Assembly (NCBI RefSeq): GCF_001194135.2
Contig: NC_068982.1
Location: forward strand, 38,004,513 to 38,068,512
Source: Octopus bimaculoides
Taxonomy: Eukaryota
Direction of reading: 5' to 3'
Length of the DNA stretch: 64,000 bases
Shown here: positions 23,433-35,869 of the stretch, piece after piece
Layout of the letters: every line of letters begins with the position of its first letter
Position numbering within the stretch: the stretch's first letter is position 1
Notes under the pieces: model-generated
The model's database searches: none
The model's input: only the letters and a program-made list of their open reading frames with translations
What the model was told of the DNA's origin: nothing
Program-made: the position numbers and the translations under genes

Positions 23433-23884
23433 GTAAGTATACCATTTCATCCAATTTATTATCATTTCATTCATCCAAATATGAAAAAATATTAATCTTC
23501 CACCTGCCATATAGCAAGTATCTAACAAAATGATGTTATTTGCATTAGAAGCCATTTCATACTTTGTTTATGTTGCTGGTGCATAGCTTCTGTTTCAAGT
23601 ATTGAAATATCTGCAGTCATAACAGACCAGGCAACATAACGTTTTGTATTATTTTTTTTTCAACATTTCTCTGTAAAAACATAAAAGGTGGGAATTGATC
23701 ACCCTATCAATTTTTTCTGAATATGATAGTTTCTTGTGAGCTTAGATTCTAATTTCAATTATCCTTTCACACATCTTATACAGCAAACATTTCTGAGAAA
23801 AGCATGGACGTCTCTTCTTCAAAAATGTGAATTCCTATGCTTATGTTACAAATGCATTAACTCATAGCTGTTCCACTAATTTAA

Positions 23885-24111
23885 CCCTCTAGCATTCAAA
23901 TAACTCTGTCAAATGTAATGCTTATTTATTCACATTGTTTTGAATTAATCATGCATTATTTCATGCCTTTGAGATTTTGATGATGTGATCATTTATTTTT
24001 AGAATGACATTGTAGGGTAGGTGTTCAAACTAGCCAAATCTGGCTGGCTCGAACAAAAAACAGGTATGGACATAAAATGGACTTAATGTGGCTGTTTTGA
24101 ATGCTAAATGA
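23885..24111. mobile_element. piggyBac-like MITE, same family
   Basis: TTAA|CCCTCTAGCATT ... AATGCTAAATGA|TTAA; body alignable with the other two. Confidence 0.82.
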
Positions 24112-24544
24112 TTAAGTGTCTTTATCAGGGACATAATACAGAACCTATGGCAAGGCACAAATTACTGGAATGCCTGGAGTTTTATATATTCTTGAAGAGA
24201 CATAATGTTTCAAATTTATGTTACCAAAATGTAAAATGAAATAAAATAAAATATTGATTTTAAGTTTTGGCACAAGGCAAGCGATTTCAGGGATGGGAGC
24301 TAAGTTGATTATATCGACTCAAGTGTTCAATTGGTTCTTACCTTATTGACTCCAAAAGGATGAAAGGCAAAGTTAACCTTGGCAGAATTTCAACTCAGAA
24401 TGTGAAGATGGACAAAATGCCCAGCATGCTAACAATTCTGCCAGCTCACTGCCTGAAAATAAAATAAAATATTAAAATTATAAACAGATATTTTTGATAC
24501 TTTTAGTAAGAGTAAAGGGATTGCATATGGTCTTCCTAAGCCCT

Positions 24545-25070
24545 CTAAGATTGGTGATGAATGTAGCTGATTTTCAGTTTTAACAGCTGTATGTCAATAT
24601 CTGTTGGAATATTGAGGGCAAAAAGGAAATTCCAGTGGGATGACACTCTGGTAAAAAAGGATTGGGTATCAGGGTTTATGTGGGGACTATAGATAGGAGA
24701 CAATGGACAGGAGAGTTATTGTAGACTTAGGTGGATATGGTTTGCAGCTAACTAACTCAGGGAAGCAGAGGCTGGCGTAATAGTTGTAGAAAGAGCAGAG
24801 TGAGGAGACAGCATGCCTGTGGATTAGAGTTTGGAGTGTGTTGATGAGTGAGTCATTGACTGGATTGATTTTTTTTTTTGATGTGGTTTAGGATGTGATA
24901 GAGATTCAATATGGCCTTCACTTAAGCTTTGTATTGAGTTAATGGTTGCTTGGGGCTGAAGTATTTTCTGGCTCTGAAGAGGAAGTTTAGTTTTTGAAGT
25001 GCAGTTTTTGATATGTTACATATGTAAGATTACCAGGAAATTATCCATGACTGTAAAACACTTGAGAGGG
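24545..25070 (-). mobile_element. L2/CR1-group LINE C-terminal remnant
   Basis: Minus translation contains TQSFFTRVSSHWN (SFF.R....WN motif); degraded. Confidence 0.6.
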
Positions 25071-25229
25071 TGAGTTAAATGATCGATTGATATGTGAAGT
25101 GATTGTGCCTAAATGCCGTTGAAAGAGACAAAAATATCATAAACAGCTTAAGACATTCACAAATATATTATCTTTTCTGTGAACTAGAATATGCTGAAGC
25201 TATTGGTATTTGTAATTATTTCATTGTAG

Positions 25230-25338
25230 AAAGCCTAACAGCCGTTTTGAGGTGATAAAGCTGAGAAATGCTATGCATAATATGCTAAATAAAGCTGGAA
25301 TGAATGAAGATTCCAAGAGTGAAGATGGTCTTACACAG
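25230..25338 (+). CDS. AXDND1: AXDND1 exon (KPNSRFEVIKLRNAMHNMLNKAGMNEDSKSEDGLTQ)
   Basis: cattgtag| ... CAG|gtaaaa. Matches recalled [23 protein letters not shown]. Confidence 0.93.
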
Positions 25339-26204
25339 GTAAAAAAATCACTAATGAAAATTCTGATGCAATGATCAACTACATGATAGCTCTACTCCTC
25401 TTCAGAATTGGTGAATCCTTCTATCACATGGACCACTGATGTGTACAGATGAAAGTTCAAGCTCTCCTTCTCTAATTAAATCTTCAATAAATTTTTTCAT
25501 TTTATCTAGTTTCAGCTCATGAGCTGTGGCCATGCTGGGGCAAATAATATAAATCATTAACTAATAATATTATTAAATTTTAACTCACTTGAGGTATCAA
25601 CCACCATGATGCTCAAAAATTGATGGAAGAAATATCCAAAGAACTTCATTTGATAAAAAGTAAGATTTAAGTGCATGTGGTACAAACAAGAAGTATTTTA
25701 ATAGGAAGGTCTCTCTAAAAATGAGGCTGAACTTTGTTTCTTGCATGCGAGAGTGCTTAGTTCCTGTTTTCTGTCCCAAACAATAACACTTTTTGAAATG
25801 CAGTTATGTGCAGTTCAGGTCTGGGCAAGAAGTAATTAGAGTCATTAGTTGCTGACAACACAATCTAAATGGCTGTTAGTCTTATTCATGATACAACCAG
25901 GATTTTTCTTGTTTAATTTTATTTTTAATATACAATGACATACGAGTGAATGCATAAGTGATTATGTTGTAAGAAGAACAAATACTGAAAGAATGGTGAC
26001 AATTGGTGGTATTAAATGTGGTTAAACTACAAACATGTAAAACATACATTGGAATGAAAATAGTCGAATCTTTATTCACTGAGTAAAGACTAAAGATGTA
26101 TGATAGAGATAATCTGAGAGAGGTGATTGATCAATACAATGTATATAATTCTAGTGCAGAATAACCATTTTAAATTGATTGTATGATATTTTGTTTTCTT
26201 CTAG

Positions 26205-26279
26205 ATGCACAATCTTCTGGAGCTGGTGAGGAAAGAGCAAGACATCTACAATGTTGTATTCCATGAAATAATCCGCCAG
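26205..26279 (+). CDS. AXDND1: AXDND1 exon (MHNLLELVRKEQDIYNVVFHEIIRQ)
   Basis: ttcttctag| ... CAG|gttgac. Matches recalled MHKLLHILKKEQTIYNMIFHELIRQ, start of the axonemal dynein light chain domain. Confidence 0.95.
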
Positions 26280-27635
26280 GTTGACATTTTCTCATTCCTA
26301 TATAAAGTCATTTTATATTATACATCATTTACTGTGTATGTGTATGTGTGCATATTCTTGTCTTTGGTGAAGATTTTACAAATGATATCAAGAAGGTAAG
26401 ACCATGGGCTTACCTTCTTGATATCATTCATAATTTTCATTACTGTTTTGTAAGTTGAGCAACATTTTACACAATTGTAAGCTAGTCTCTTGTCAGAATG
26501 GTTGGATTAAGTGAAAACTAACAACTGTTAGTATCTAGAAACTGGAACCATTCTGATTGCTATGCCATTTTGCTGACAACATAGAATACAGCCTCAGATT
26601 TGCTCTACAACAAATTCTTGTGGTGGTCTTCATAGCTGAGTAATATACACCATAGTTTAGGAAAATAAGATTACCTGAAGGTTATGAGTTCAGTCTCCAC
26701 TAAAGGTGGAACTTCAACAACAGCAGGACACCCATGAATCATGACCTTGGTGGATCTGGCTCTCCTAGAATGTCAGGAACTAATAAGCTGAAATACTTGC
26801 TTGATGGCAGTCTAAAAATTTCTGCTGCTGTCCACTCACTCCATAGTGACTTTGAATTTACTATTTTTTAAACATATTCTGAAATATTTAATTCTATTCT
26901 GTATTTGATATAAAATGAATTATTAATGATTGTCAAACTAGCACCAATATGTAAATTAGTTTGCTTTCTTGTAAGTTAAGTAGCATATTTTACTTAACTA
27001 AGCTATATTAATTATATATGCCATTTCTTAAGTATATATGTTTATTTTAATTATCATTATTTTCCTGATAATTAATACATAGAAAGCAATTTACCAGTAT
27101 CTTTATATGCGAGTGAGTTTAATATTGTCAAAAATATTGCATAGCCTTATTGGATAAGAGCTCTTGGGAGTGATAAAAACTACTGTAAAAACCCATGTAA
27201 TTTATGCATTTTTTTCGTAAAAATAAAAATAAACTTTAGGGGCGTTAAACTCCTCTGTTACAGTTTGGTGAATTATAATTATGAGAAACCAGAAACTGAA
27301 CTTTGGCAATTGTGTGTGCACACTAAATTCCTTATTGATCTGCACTCAATGCCAACCTTACTGAACTCATATGTGTAACCATCCATCCATCCATTGACCT
27401 TGCACCATCTGTGTTTTGCATCTATGTTTGTCCCCCATCAGCACTTGACACCCAGTGTTGGTGTGTTTACATCCCTGTAACTTAGTGGTCCAGCAAAAGA
27501 GACCAATAGAATAAGTACCAGGCTTTACAAAAAATAAGTACTGGGGTTGATTTGTTTGACCAAAATTCTTCAAGTCAGTGCCCCAGCATGGCTATAGTCT
27601 AATAACTAAAACAAATACAAGCTAAAAGATCCATC

Positions 27636-27746
27636 CATCCATCCATCCATCTACCCATACATGCATGCATGCATACATACATACATACATACATACATAC
27701 ATACATACATACATACATACATACATACATACATGCATACATGCAT
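27636..27746. repeat. (CCAT)n/(ATGC)n/(ATAC)n compound microsatellite
   Basis: Read directly from the sequence. Confidence 0.97.
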
Positions 27747-28021
27747 AACTAATGAGCTTTTGAACAATTCCATCTAACAAATTCCACTCACAAAGCATTG
27801 GTCGACTTGGGGCAAGGGTAGAAAAAACTCATCCAAGGTACCACACTGTGAGATATAGCCATCAACCACATGGTTGTAAAGGAAACTTGTTAAACACACA
27901 GCTAAGTCTATGTTTATATAATTTAAAGTAATGGCCGTATTGTTACTGCTATAGACATGCATTTCTAGAATTGAAGGCATGAAAGAGAAAAACAATCCTT
28001 TTGATGTGATTAATTTTCTAG

Positions 28022-28116
28022 GTGAGTGTGGACTGTATTGAACGTGGAGATCTGCTGGCTGAAATACGGCAACGCTACTTGGACCTTCTGAACCGAGTTC
28101 CTGAACAGATCAAAAG
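28022..28116 (+). CDS. AXDND1: AXDND1 exon (VSVDCIERGDLLAEIRQRYLDLLNRVPEQIK)
   Basis: ttttctag| ... |gtaatg. The VSVDCxxRGxLL motif is typical of the axonemal dynein light chain (p28-like) domain. Confidence 0.95.
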
Positions 28117-28676
28117 GTAATGTGAGATCTTATTTGAAATCACTTAAGAAAATAGCAGCTGCATTGTGATCACTGTAGGATAGAAAGAATCTCTTTGTTG
28201 AGCCTAGTCTATAACTTTAAGTTCCAAATTATATTGATTTTATTTCACCCAAGGGTAAAAGCAATGTATATTGGATGGTTTGAGTGAGTACACGATCCAT
28301 TAGTGATTTTGCCAGATTATGTAATCAATACTATATTTATAGTGAGACTACTGCAAGAAAATTTATTGGCTACAAACAAAGTTCTCCTCCTTACACTCTA
28401 GATATAGAATACCAATGAAAGAAATTTAATTTCTATATTCAATGACAATATTTATAGCAATAGATAACTGCATTGTTTTCTAGTTATTTGTTATAACCCT
28501 AGTGAAATTTCACATGACACTGGCCTGGTTGTGCAGTAAAGAAGTTAGTTTCCCAACTATGTGGATTCTGGTCAGTCCCACTACTGTGTGGTATCTTCGG
28601 CAAAGGTATTTTACTATAGCCTCAGACCAATCAAGGCCTTGTGAGTAGTATGATAGATGGAAACTGAAAGAACCAA

Positions 28677-28707
<31 letters not shown>

Positions 28708-28749
28708 ATCATCAATCATATATCTGCTTTGAGGTAGCACATGTGATGC

Positions 28750-29245
28750 CCCATATATAAAGGGTCCCCATACGATATCAAGTGGAGGATCTTAGACTGG
28801 CTGGGACCCTACATTAACAGAAGCAAACACTGCAAGCTTTGTATCGCTGAGTGAGGAAGGATACTCAAAGACTCCCAGGAACCTGGATCATTGAATACGT
28901 GCTAGGAAATTTACAGTCTTGCATCCATTTCAAACACTACCTACTGCAAGCATGGGATTCCCCATTCTCTGATTAGATCCAGAATGGTTCTTACAATCTA
29001 AAAGCAGACCAAGGTAAAAATCTCCTGTTCCCCATCTTTGGGCCCACAGGAACTAGTCTAAGTGAGGTAACTGGTCCTCACTGATTCCAGACTATTTATT
29101 CATTGGTGACTTACTGACCAAATGACCGTAACAAATTCCTGTCTCTCAGATTTACATCTGTCTTTGGCTTTAGAGTCTGATGTATCCTTTGTGGATACGA
29201 ATCCATTGGTCACTCTATGACTGGACATAGACTTAACTACTAAAG
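28750..29245 (+). mobile_element. Penelope-like element 3' remnant (GIY-YIG endonuclease C-terminus plus terminal repeat)
   Basis: From 28768: PYDIKWRILDWLGPYINRSKHCKLCIAE*GRILKDSQEPGSLNTC*EIYS, then frameshifted CIHFKHYLLQ. This is the W..L....Y.....C.LC..E...I......LN...E..S.C.H pattern of Penelope endonucleases. It ends in a TA-rich microsatellite. Confidence 0.8.
29171..29217 (+). ncRNA. Decayed hammerhead motif in the Penelope-like terminal repeat
   Basis: TAGAGT|CTGAT(GA deleted)|GTATCC TTTGT GGATAC|GAAT|CCATTGG|TC|ACTCTA. Perfect 6-bp helices I and II and a GUC site. Confidence 0.75.
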
Positions 29246-29498
29246 TATATATAGATATATATATCTTTTATCTTTTACCCTTTACTTGTTTCAGTCATTG
29301 GACTGTGGCCATCCTGGGGCACCTCCTTGAAGGATTCCAACAAGGATTTCCAACAAATCGACCCCAGTACTTATATTTTCTATTTAATACCTATTTGATT
29401 GGTCCCTTTTGATGAACTGCTAGGTTATGGGGACATAAACAAACCAACATTGATTGTTGAACAGTGTTGGAAGACAAAAACATACAGACACACACATA

Positions 29499-29501
<3 letters not shown>

Positions 29502-29571
<70 letters not shown>

Positions 29572-29590
29572 TCATCATCATCATCGTTTA
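29502..29590. repeat. (TA)n abutting the (CAT)n LINE tail
   Basis: Read directly from the sequence. Confidence 0.98.
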
Positions 29591-30575
29591 ATGTCCACTT
29601 TCCATGCTGGCATGGGTTGGATGGCTTGCCTGAAGACTGGCAAGCCAGGAGGCTGAATCAGGTTCCAATCTGTTCTGGCAAGGTTTCTACAGCTGGATGC
29701 CCTTCCTAACATCAACCACTCTGAGAGTGTAGCAGGTGCTGTTTACGTGCCACCGGCACAAGTGCCAGTCAGGCAGCACTGGCATCAACCACGCTCAAAT
29801 CGTACTTTTTACTTGCCACTGGTACTGGTATCAGCCATGCTTGAATAGTGCTTTTTACGTGCCAGTCAGTCGGCACTGGCATTGACCACGACAACAATTT
29901 CACTTGACTCAAAAGATCTTCTCAAGCACAGCATATAGTCTGATGATTGAAGTACTTTTAAACAGGCCGGTTATGCAATGCTGGCATCGGCCATGGCTAT
30001 GATCTTACTTGGCTTGCCAGGTTTTCTCAAGCACAGCATATCTCCAAAGGTCTCTGTCACTTGTCATTGCTTCTGTGAGGCCCAATGTTCGAAGTTCGTG
30101 CTTCACCACCTCATCCCAGGTCTTCCTGAGTCTACCTCTTCTACAAGTTCCCTCCACTGTTAGGGTGTGACACTTCTTCACACAGCTGTCCTCATCCATA
30201 CGCAACACAAGACAATACCAGCACAGTTGTCTCTCTTACACACCACATCTGATGCTTTATGTCCAACTTTTCTCTCAGGCTGCTTACACTCTGTTGTGTA
30301 TTCTGTGTATTCACATGGGCATTACACATCCAGTGGAGTATACTAACTTCATTTCTTTCAAGTCTACACATATCCTCAGCAGCACAGCCTATGTTTCACT
30401 GCTGTGTAGCATGGCTGTTCACACACATGCATCATACAGTCTACCTTTCACTCTGAGCAAGAAGCCCTTTGTAACCAGCAGAGGTAGGAGCTCTTTAAAC
30501 TTTGCTCAGGCTATTCTTATTCTAGCAGCTATGGTCTCAGAGCATCCCCCTCCACTATTGGCTTAGTCACCTAGG
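29569..30575 (-). mobile_element. RTE-like LINE 3' end: ORF2 C-terminus, repeat-built 3'UTR and (GAT)n tail
   Basis: RIRIA*AKFKELLPLLVTKGF...KGRLYDACV, then LRMDEDSCVKKC...GRLRKTWDEVVK...DRDLWRYAVLEKTWQAK* (stop at 30005). Continues into the AGGAAGGGCATCCAGCTGTAG...(GAT)n tail. Confidence 0.92.
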
Positions 30576-31187
30576 TAATGGAAGCTATCAACTACTTCTA
30601 GTTTTTCCCCCTGGCATGTGATGGAATCTGTTTTCTGTATATCGTCAGTGTTTATTGCCCCCATGCATGTCACACACAAAGACTGTCTTCCCAGTTAACC
30701 TTCCTTTGATATTGCTGCACCTCTTGTTTGTCAAAACCTGGTACATACATATATATATACATATATTAGTAAAAAGTAAGGGATTACCCCATATATATGT
30801 GATGGGCTTCTTTCAGTTTCCTTCTATCAAATCCACTCATAAAGCTTTGATTAGCTTGGAGATATATTAGAAGATACTTGCCAAACCATGTGATTGGGGA
30901 GCAAGCTTCTTACTACACAATCGTCTCTGTGTGTAAATATATATATATACATACATGGTTGGGATTAGGAAGTGCATCCAGCCATAAAACCATGCCAAAA
31001 CAGTTCTCGCTGAGGTTATAGTTTTACCATTGGATGCCATCTGTAGAAATTATGTTTTAATTTTTCATGTTTATACATATATTTTCTCACATACACATAC
31101 ATGTATGTAAACATATTAGTTCATATATTTTTGTGTTTGATGCTAGAAACTTTAGTTTATAAAGCAAAAATGCAATTTTTAATGCAG

Positions 31188-31280
31188 CTTATATGAAGAA
31201 GTGCTTTCACAACGAGCCCTTGACCGAAGGTTAACAGATGAACTAATTAGATTTAAGAGGGCTTTGATCCAACTCTCTGA
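31188..31280 (+). CDS. AXDND1: AXDND1 exon (LYEEVLSQRALDRRLTDELIRFKRALIQLS)
   Basis: aatgcag| ... |gtaagt. Matches recalled [23 protein letters not shown]. Confidence 0.93.
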
Positions 31281-33559
31281 GTAAGTAAGAATGTTTTTTT
31301 AATCCTTTCATTCACCAAAAATAGTTCTCATAATTTTCTTAATCTTTAAATGTGAGCAGTTAAGTTTATCAGGCATTGTCTTATGAGTCACAGGCTGTAT
31401 GTGTAAATGTTGGTTTTAGTCTATAACCTAGGATTATTTTTGTAAACACATTTTAACAGTTCAATACTTGATGTTGTAAATATGCAAAGAACTTGTTATT
31501 TTGGCATACCTTTATGTAATCACAAATGACTGTTATTATTGTATATCATTGTAAAAGAGATGGCTGAGAAAATAGTGGGTATGAAACATTTTGGTACAGC
31601 CATTGTGGCATTGTCTATTTGGCATTACCGATCTGATGCTGGCTTATTTGACATCAGATGTTTTAATGATCCCCTCATTCTCTCTCTTTTTTCTCTCACT
31701 CACTGTCTTTATGAGTTTATGTCTGCATGCACACGCATATGTGTGTGTTGTGTTTGCCTCTAGTGACAAAATATACTGTTGCCAAAACAGGCAGAATATC
31801 CAGTCAGCCATTATAAATCATCAGTTTCCAAACAGCTGCAGCCTGTCACCTCATTCTGGGAAAATAGAGTATTCTATTATAAATGCATAATAGCATTTTC
31901 TCTTGATCTCAGTTCTGTATCAAAATTTTACTGTTTGGCTTCACTTTTAATTTCTCCAGAAGTCAATGAAATAAATGTCAGAAATATGATGTTCACAAAT
32001 ATGATGAGGTCAATTTCTTCACTGTGAAAGTTATACTTGTGGCTATACTCATTGTAAAGTCAGTTGTAGTTTTTAAATAGTTAACTAAATCATTATCCAT
32101 CTAAAACTATGAACAACAATGAATATTTAATTAACACTTTAGCTCCAAATTAGATTAAACTGGCATGCAAATGAAATAAATTCATAATTACTATGAATTT
32201 TTGTATAATATTTATTTAAAAAAAAAACAATTTACAAGAATATAAATGGAAATTGTTCAAGATGTCTCAATAGTGCTTCTTTGGAAAATTATTCAAATGT
32301 TCAATATACATTGATAAAGTACACAACATTGCAACTATAAACAATTATCTGAATTGATGGAGGAAATAAGATATTATAATTCAATTAACTTGTGGTTGTT
32401 CAGGATGACCAATTTTGTTGGGTTGGTCATGACAATTCGGTAAAAAGTAAGAAGAGATAGAAGTAAGATACTCTGTCTCTTACTGAAATACCCAATGATA
32501 AATGTTTTGCATTTCCATGTCTTTAAAATTTCCAACAGTTGTATTTTATATATGTACAATGAATTTATTGTGCATACATGTTATTGTGAATGTGAAATAT
32601 TTGTTTGAATATCAACAATATTATACAGAAAAATAAGGCAAGTCTTAACATTTGTAATTTAGTAGCTTACCCCATACAATGTCAAATTTTTGTAAGTAGT
32701 GATTTTGGAAATGTTTTAATCCATATTACTTTTGGAAGTTCTGCCTGTCTGTCTGTCTCTCTCTCTAAAACATACATGTTATTGTATATGTAATATTTAA
32801 AGGCTTACACTGCGTAAGACAGAAATAATGTTTTAATACTAATAAGTGATAATTGCACATTGCTATTATAAACAGAATAAGACAGGTAATTATATCGAAA
32901 AATATTTGCATGCATACAGATATGTATATCATCATTATAACCCTAGGTTGTTTAACTTTTGCTGAATATGATATACAGAGTGTGTTATGCAAAACAAATA
33001 GAGAAAAGTGAGAATACATTTCATGGAACTGACAGAGTTCTGTGTAATACCTGAGGTGATTCTGTTTTGAAATTGTAAATCTCCAGCTTTTTATAACCTT
33101 GAGCAAAGCTCCTAGAACTTTTGGAAATACATTTTGGCAAGAATCTATATTTATTTTCTTTTAAGTCTACTGCCTTTCCTTGTTACACATCAACTGATAT
33201 TGATTGGATGGAAAACACTTATGTACATGTTCATGTCTTTTATGGCAATATGGTAAAGTTTATACAACTGGTCATGCCTTTTATGAAAATATGATTAGGC
33301 TGTGGTTCTAAACTGAGAAGCTGAGCAGATTGGTTCATAATTAGGCAGAGATCTGCTACAAACTAATGATTGCCAAATATAACTAAGTATTGAAATATAA
33401 ACTGGTGGAGTGAATGATATTAAATTTATGGCTGTGAAACCATTAAGATTTATCTAATGCTGTCTGAATATTTATACTCAGTCTTCTGATTCTATAAACC
33501 AGTTTTATTTATTGTTATGAAGTTTCAATAGTGTTCATTTTATATACTAATTATTTCAG

Positions 33560-33626
33560 AGAACTGGCATGTGTAAAAGCCCAGGACATTAAACTTACTG
33601 AAGAAATCAACACAACCAGGAAAGCA
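33560..33626 (+). CDS. AXDND1: AXDND1 exon (ELACVKAQDIKLTEEINTTRKA)
   Basis: atttcag| ... |gtaaga. Matches recalled ELCLVRAHDVKLTKE. Confidence 0.9.
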
Positions 33627-35342
33627 GTAAGAAAATATTTTTGAAAAATTATTTTTGTATAATTAAATTTATTTTTCAAGAAAGCAAGTTTCTTTCTTTC
33701 AAGTCTAGTATTTTGTACATTTCTTATGCTTCTGATAAATTCAATCAAATAATTTAGATTATGTCTTATAATGAATTTTTGTCTTCAGACTGAATTTATG
33801 AATTACATGTAAGAGAAGGATAAGTTGTCATACCATATTCAGTTGAAAGAGTTTATTTAACAAGTTCTCAAGTAAGAACTATTTTCTTTTGTTGAGAAGA
33901 TTTGGATATTTTACAAAATATAGTTTTTGGAGAATATGTTGTTGCAACTGTATTACAAGATGACAAACTCCAGCAATGTTGATGTAAATGGAGCAAAGAA
34001 GTTTGTGTACATTGGAGTTACTCATGATAAAGATATTTTTATACATTCCACTGGTCTGTCTAGAACAATTTTAAATAGTAAGGTTTTATTGTTTACTGCA
34101 GTTTCAGATTAGGAACTTTATCATAAACTGAATAGTTGACATTGCAGCTTCAAACTGAAAATGAAATTATTGTTTTCAGTCTGATCTATTGCTTACTTAT
34201 TAACAATTGCTATTAAAATCATTCTAATCTATTTAAGATGTTTTAATACTTTGCATACTTCTTCAATATTACCACATATAGGTTTTGATATCAGCTATAA
34301 AAACAATGTATAAAAAACATCATTATTCTGTTTCTGAGATTATAAACTAGAGAACTTGTTAAATGCTGAATGTGATCATAGTCTTTAAATTATTACATTG
34401 TATCAAAATATTATTTTTTTATGAAGCCTTTAGCTATGTAATAAAATTTCATTGTTATTACAGTAATGATATTAGATAATCTACCATAAAATAGAATTGA
34501 TATTTTCTGCAAGTCACATTGTCTCAGTAAACTTAACCTATCACAACAAAAATACTTTCAAACACGACATTCCTCAACAAAACATAGATTGTTATATTTA
34601 AAACTGCTTTCTGCAGTGAAGGGCAATTCAATTTTGAGTGGATATATCTGGTTTCCATATTAAAAAGATTAATGACATAATCACAGAAAGAAGGGCAATG
34701 TCTGTAATCTTCTTTTAGGGTCTCTGAGACTGAGGTGAAGTCAGGAAGAAATTATTCTCAGTCCCAAGACCTTTCCCAAATACTTGCAACAGAACATATT
34801 CTGCTAAAAGCACCACTCACAAACCAAATAGTGGTGTCAAACTGGATGAACACATTAAGTTTACCATCCATGAACATGAATGATCCCTCTATGGGCTTCC
34901 ATGCAGTTTCTATTTACCAAATTTTGCTCCCAAGACAATGGTTAACCCAAAGCTATGATAAAACATGTTTGTTCAAAGTTCCACATAGTGGAATTGAACC
35001 CAAAGCTATGTAATTATGAAATGAATTTATTTTACCACATGGCAATGTGACAAAAACTGTGTTATATTATCAGCGATAACTAGCCTAGATCTCACTGTCA
35101 GAATGTACCATTCCAGCACATAAGGATCAACAAAATTATTTAGGGTGACTATTTTGTTGTTTTTGTTATTATTTAATAATGAAAAGTTTTATTTACCACA
35201 TAAAAATTTGGCATTAAGAATATTACCAGAACTAGGAATTTGAATATTATGTACATAGTAGTAGTATAGGCATGCTACAAATGTGTGTGAGTGTACCTGA
35301 AAAACAGAGGGGAGAATGGGGAGAATGTGTGTGTGTGTTTTG

Positions 35343-35375
<33 letters not shown>

Positions 35376-35710
35376 TTTTTTCTTTCCATTCCTCTCTTTC
35401 TGTCTTTTACTTAGAAATGTGTGTGTGTATGTATGTATATATGTATGTATGTATCTATCTATCTATCTATATGGAGAGAAAGCTTGAGTGACTGAGAGAG
35501 AGAGAGAGCCTTCAAAAATATTGTTGGTCAAACACTCCCAAAACCACTTAGAAAAATTTGACATTGTACGAGATATGAACCAGATAAAGTCTCAAACTAC
35601 TAAATTACAAATGTTAGGACTTTCCTTATTTTTTGGTATAATATTATTGATGTTTAATTTCTTTTACTGAATTTGTTATTTGCTGGGAATTAACATTGTA
35701 TTTTCTTCAG

Positions 35711-35869
35711 TTAAAAACTGCTCTGAGTGAATCAGCCAAAAATGCCAACATGCTAAAGGAGTACCAAGAATTATATGATCTTCAGCGTCACCGTTTGGAA
35801 AAGCAGGTGAACAATACTACTCAAGAGCGAGACCTGTGGTGCAAGACAACTTATAATTTAGCCATCAAA
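35711..35869 (+). CDS. AXDND1: AXDND1 exon (LKTALSESAKNANMLKEYQELYDLQRHRLEKQVNNTTQERDLWCKTTYNLAIK)
   Basis: ttcttcag| ... |gtgagt. Matches recalled NAEKNAKIVEEYHDLYTLQRERME...ERDIWSSATYELALK. Confidence 0.95.

Noticed and set aside
26620-26710. tRNA-like stretch (CATAGCTGAGT...GGTTATGAGTTCAGTCTCC)
   Set aside because: No cloverleaf could be closed; at most a decayed SINE head.
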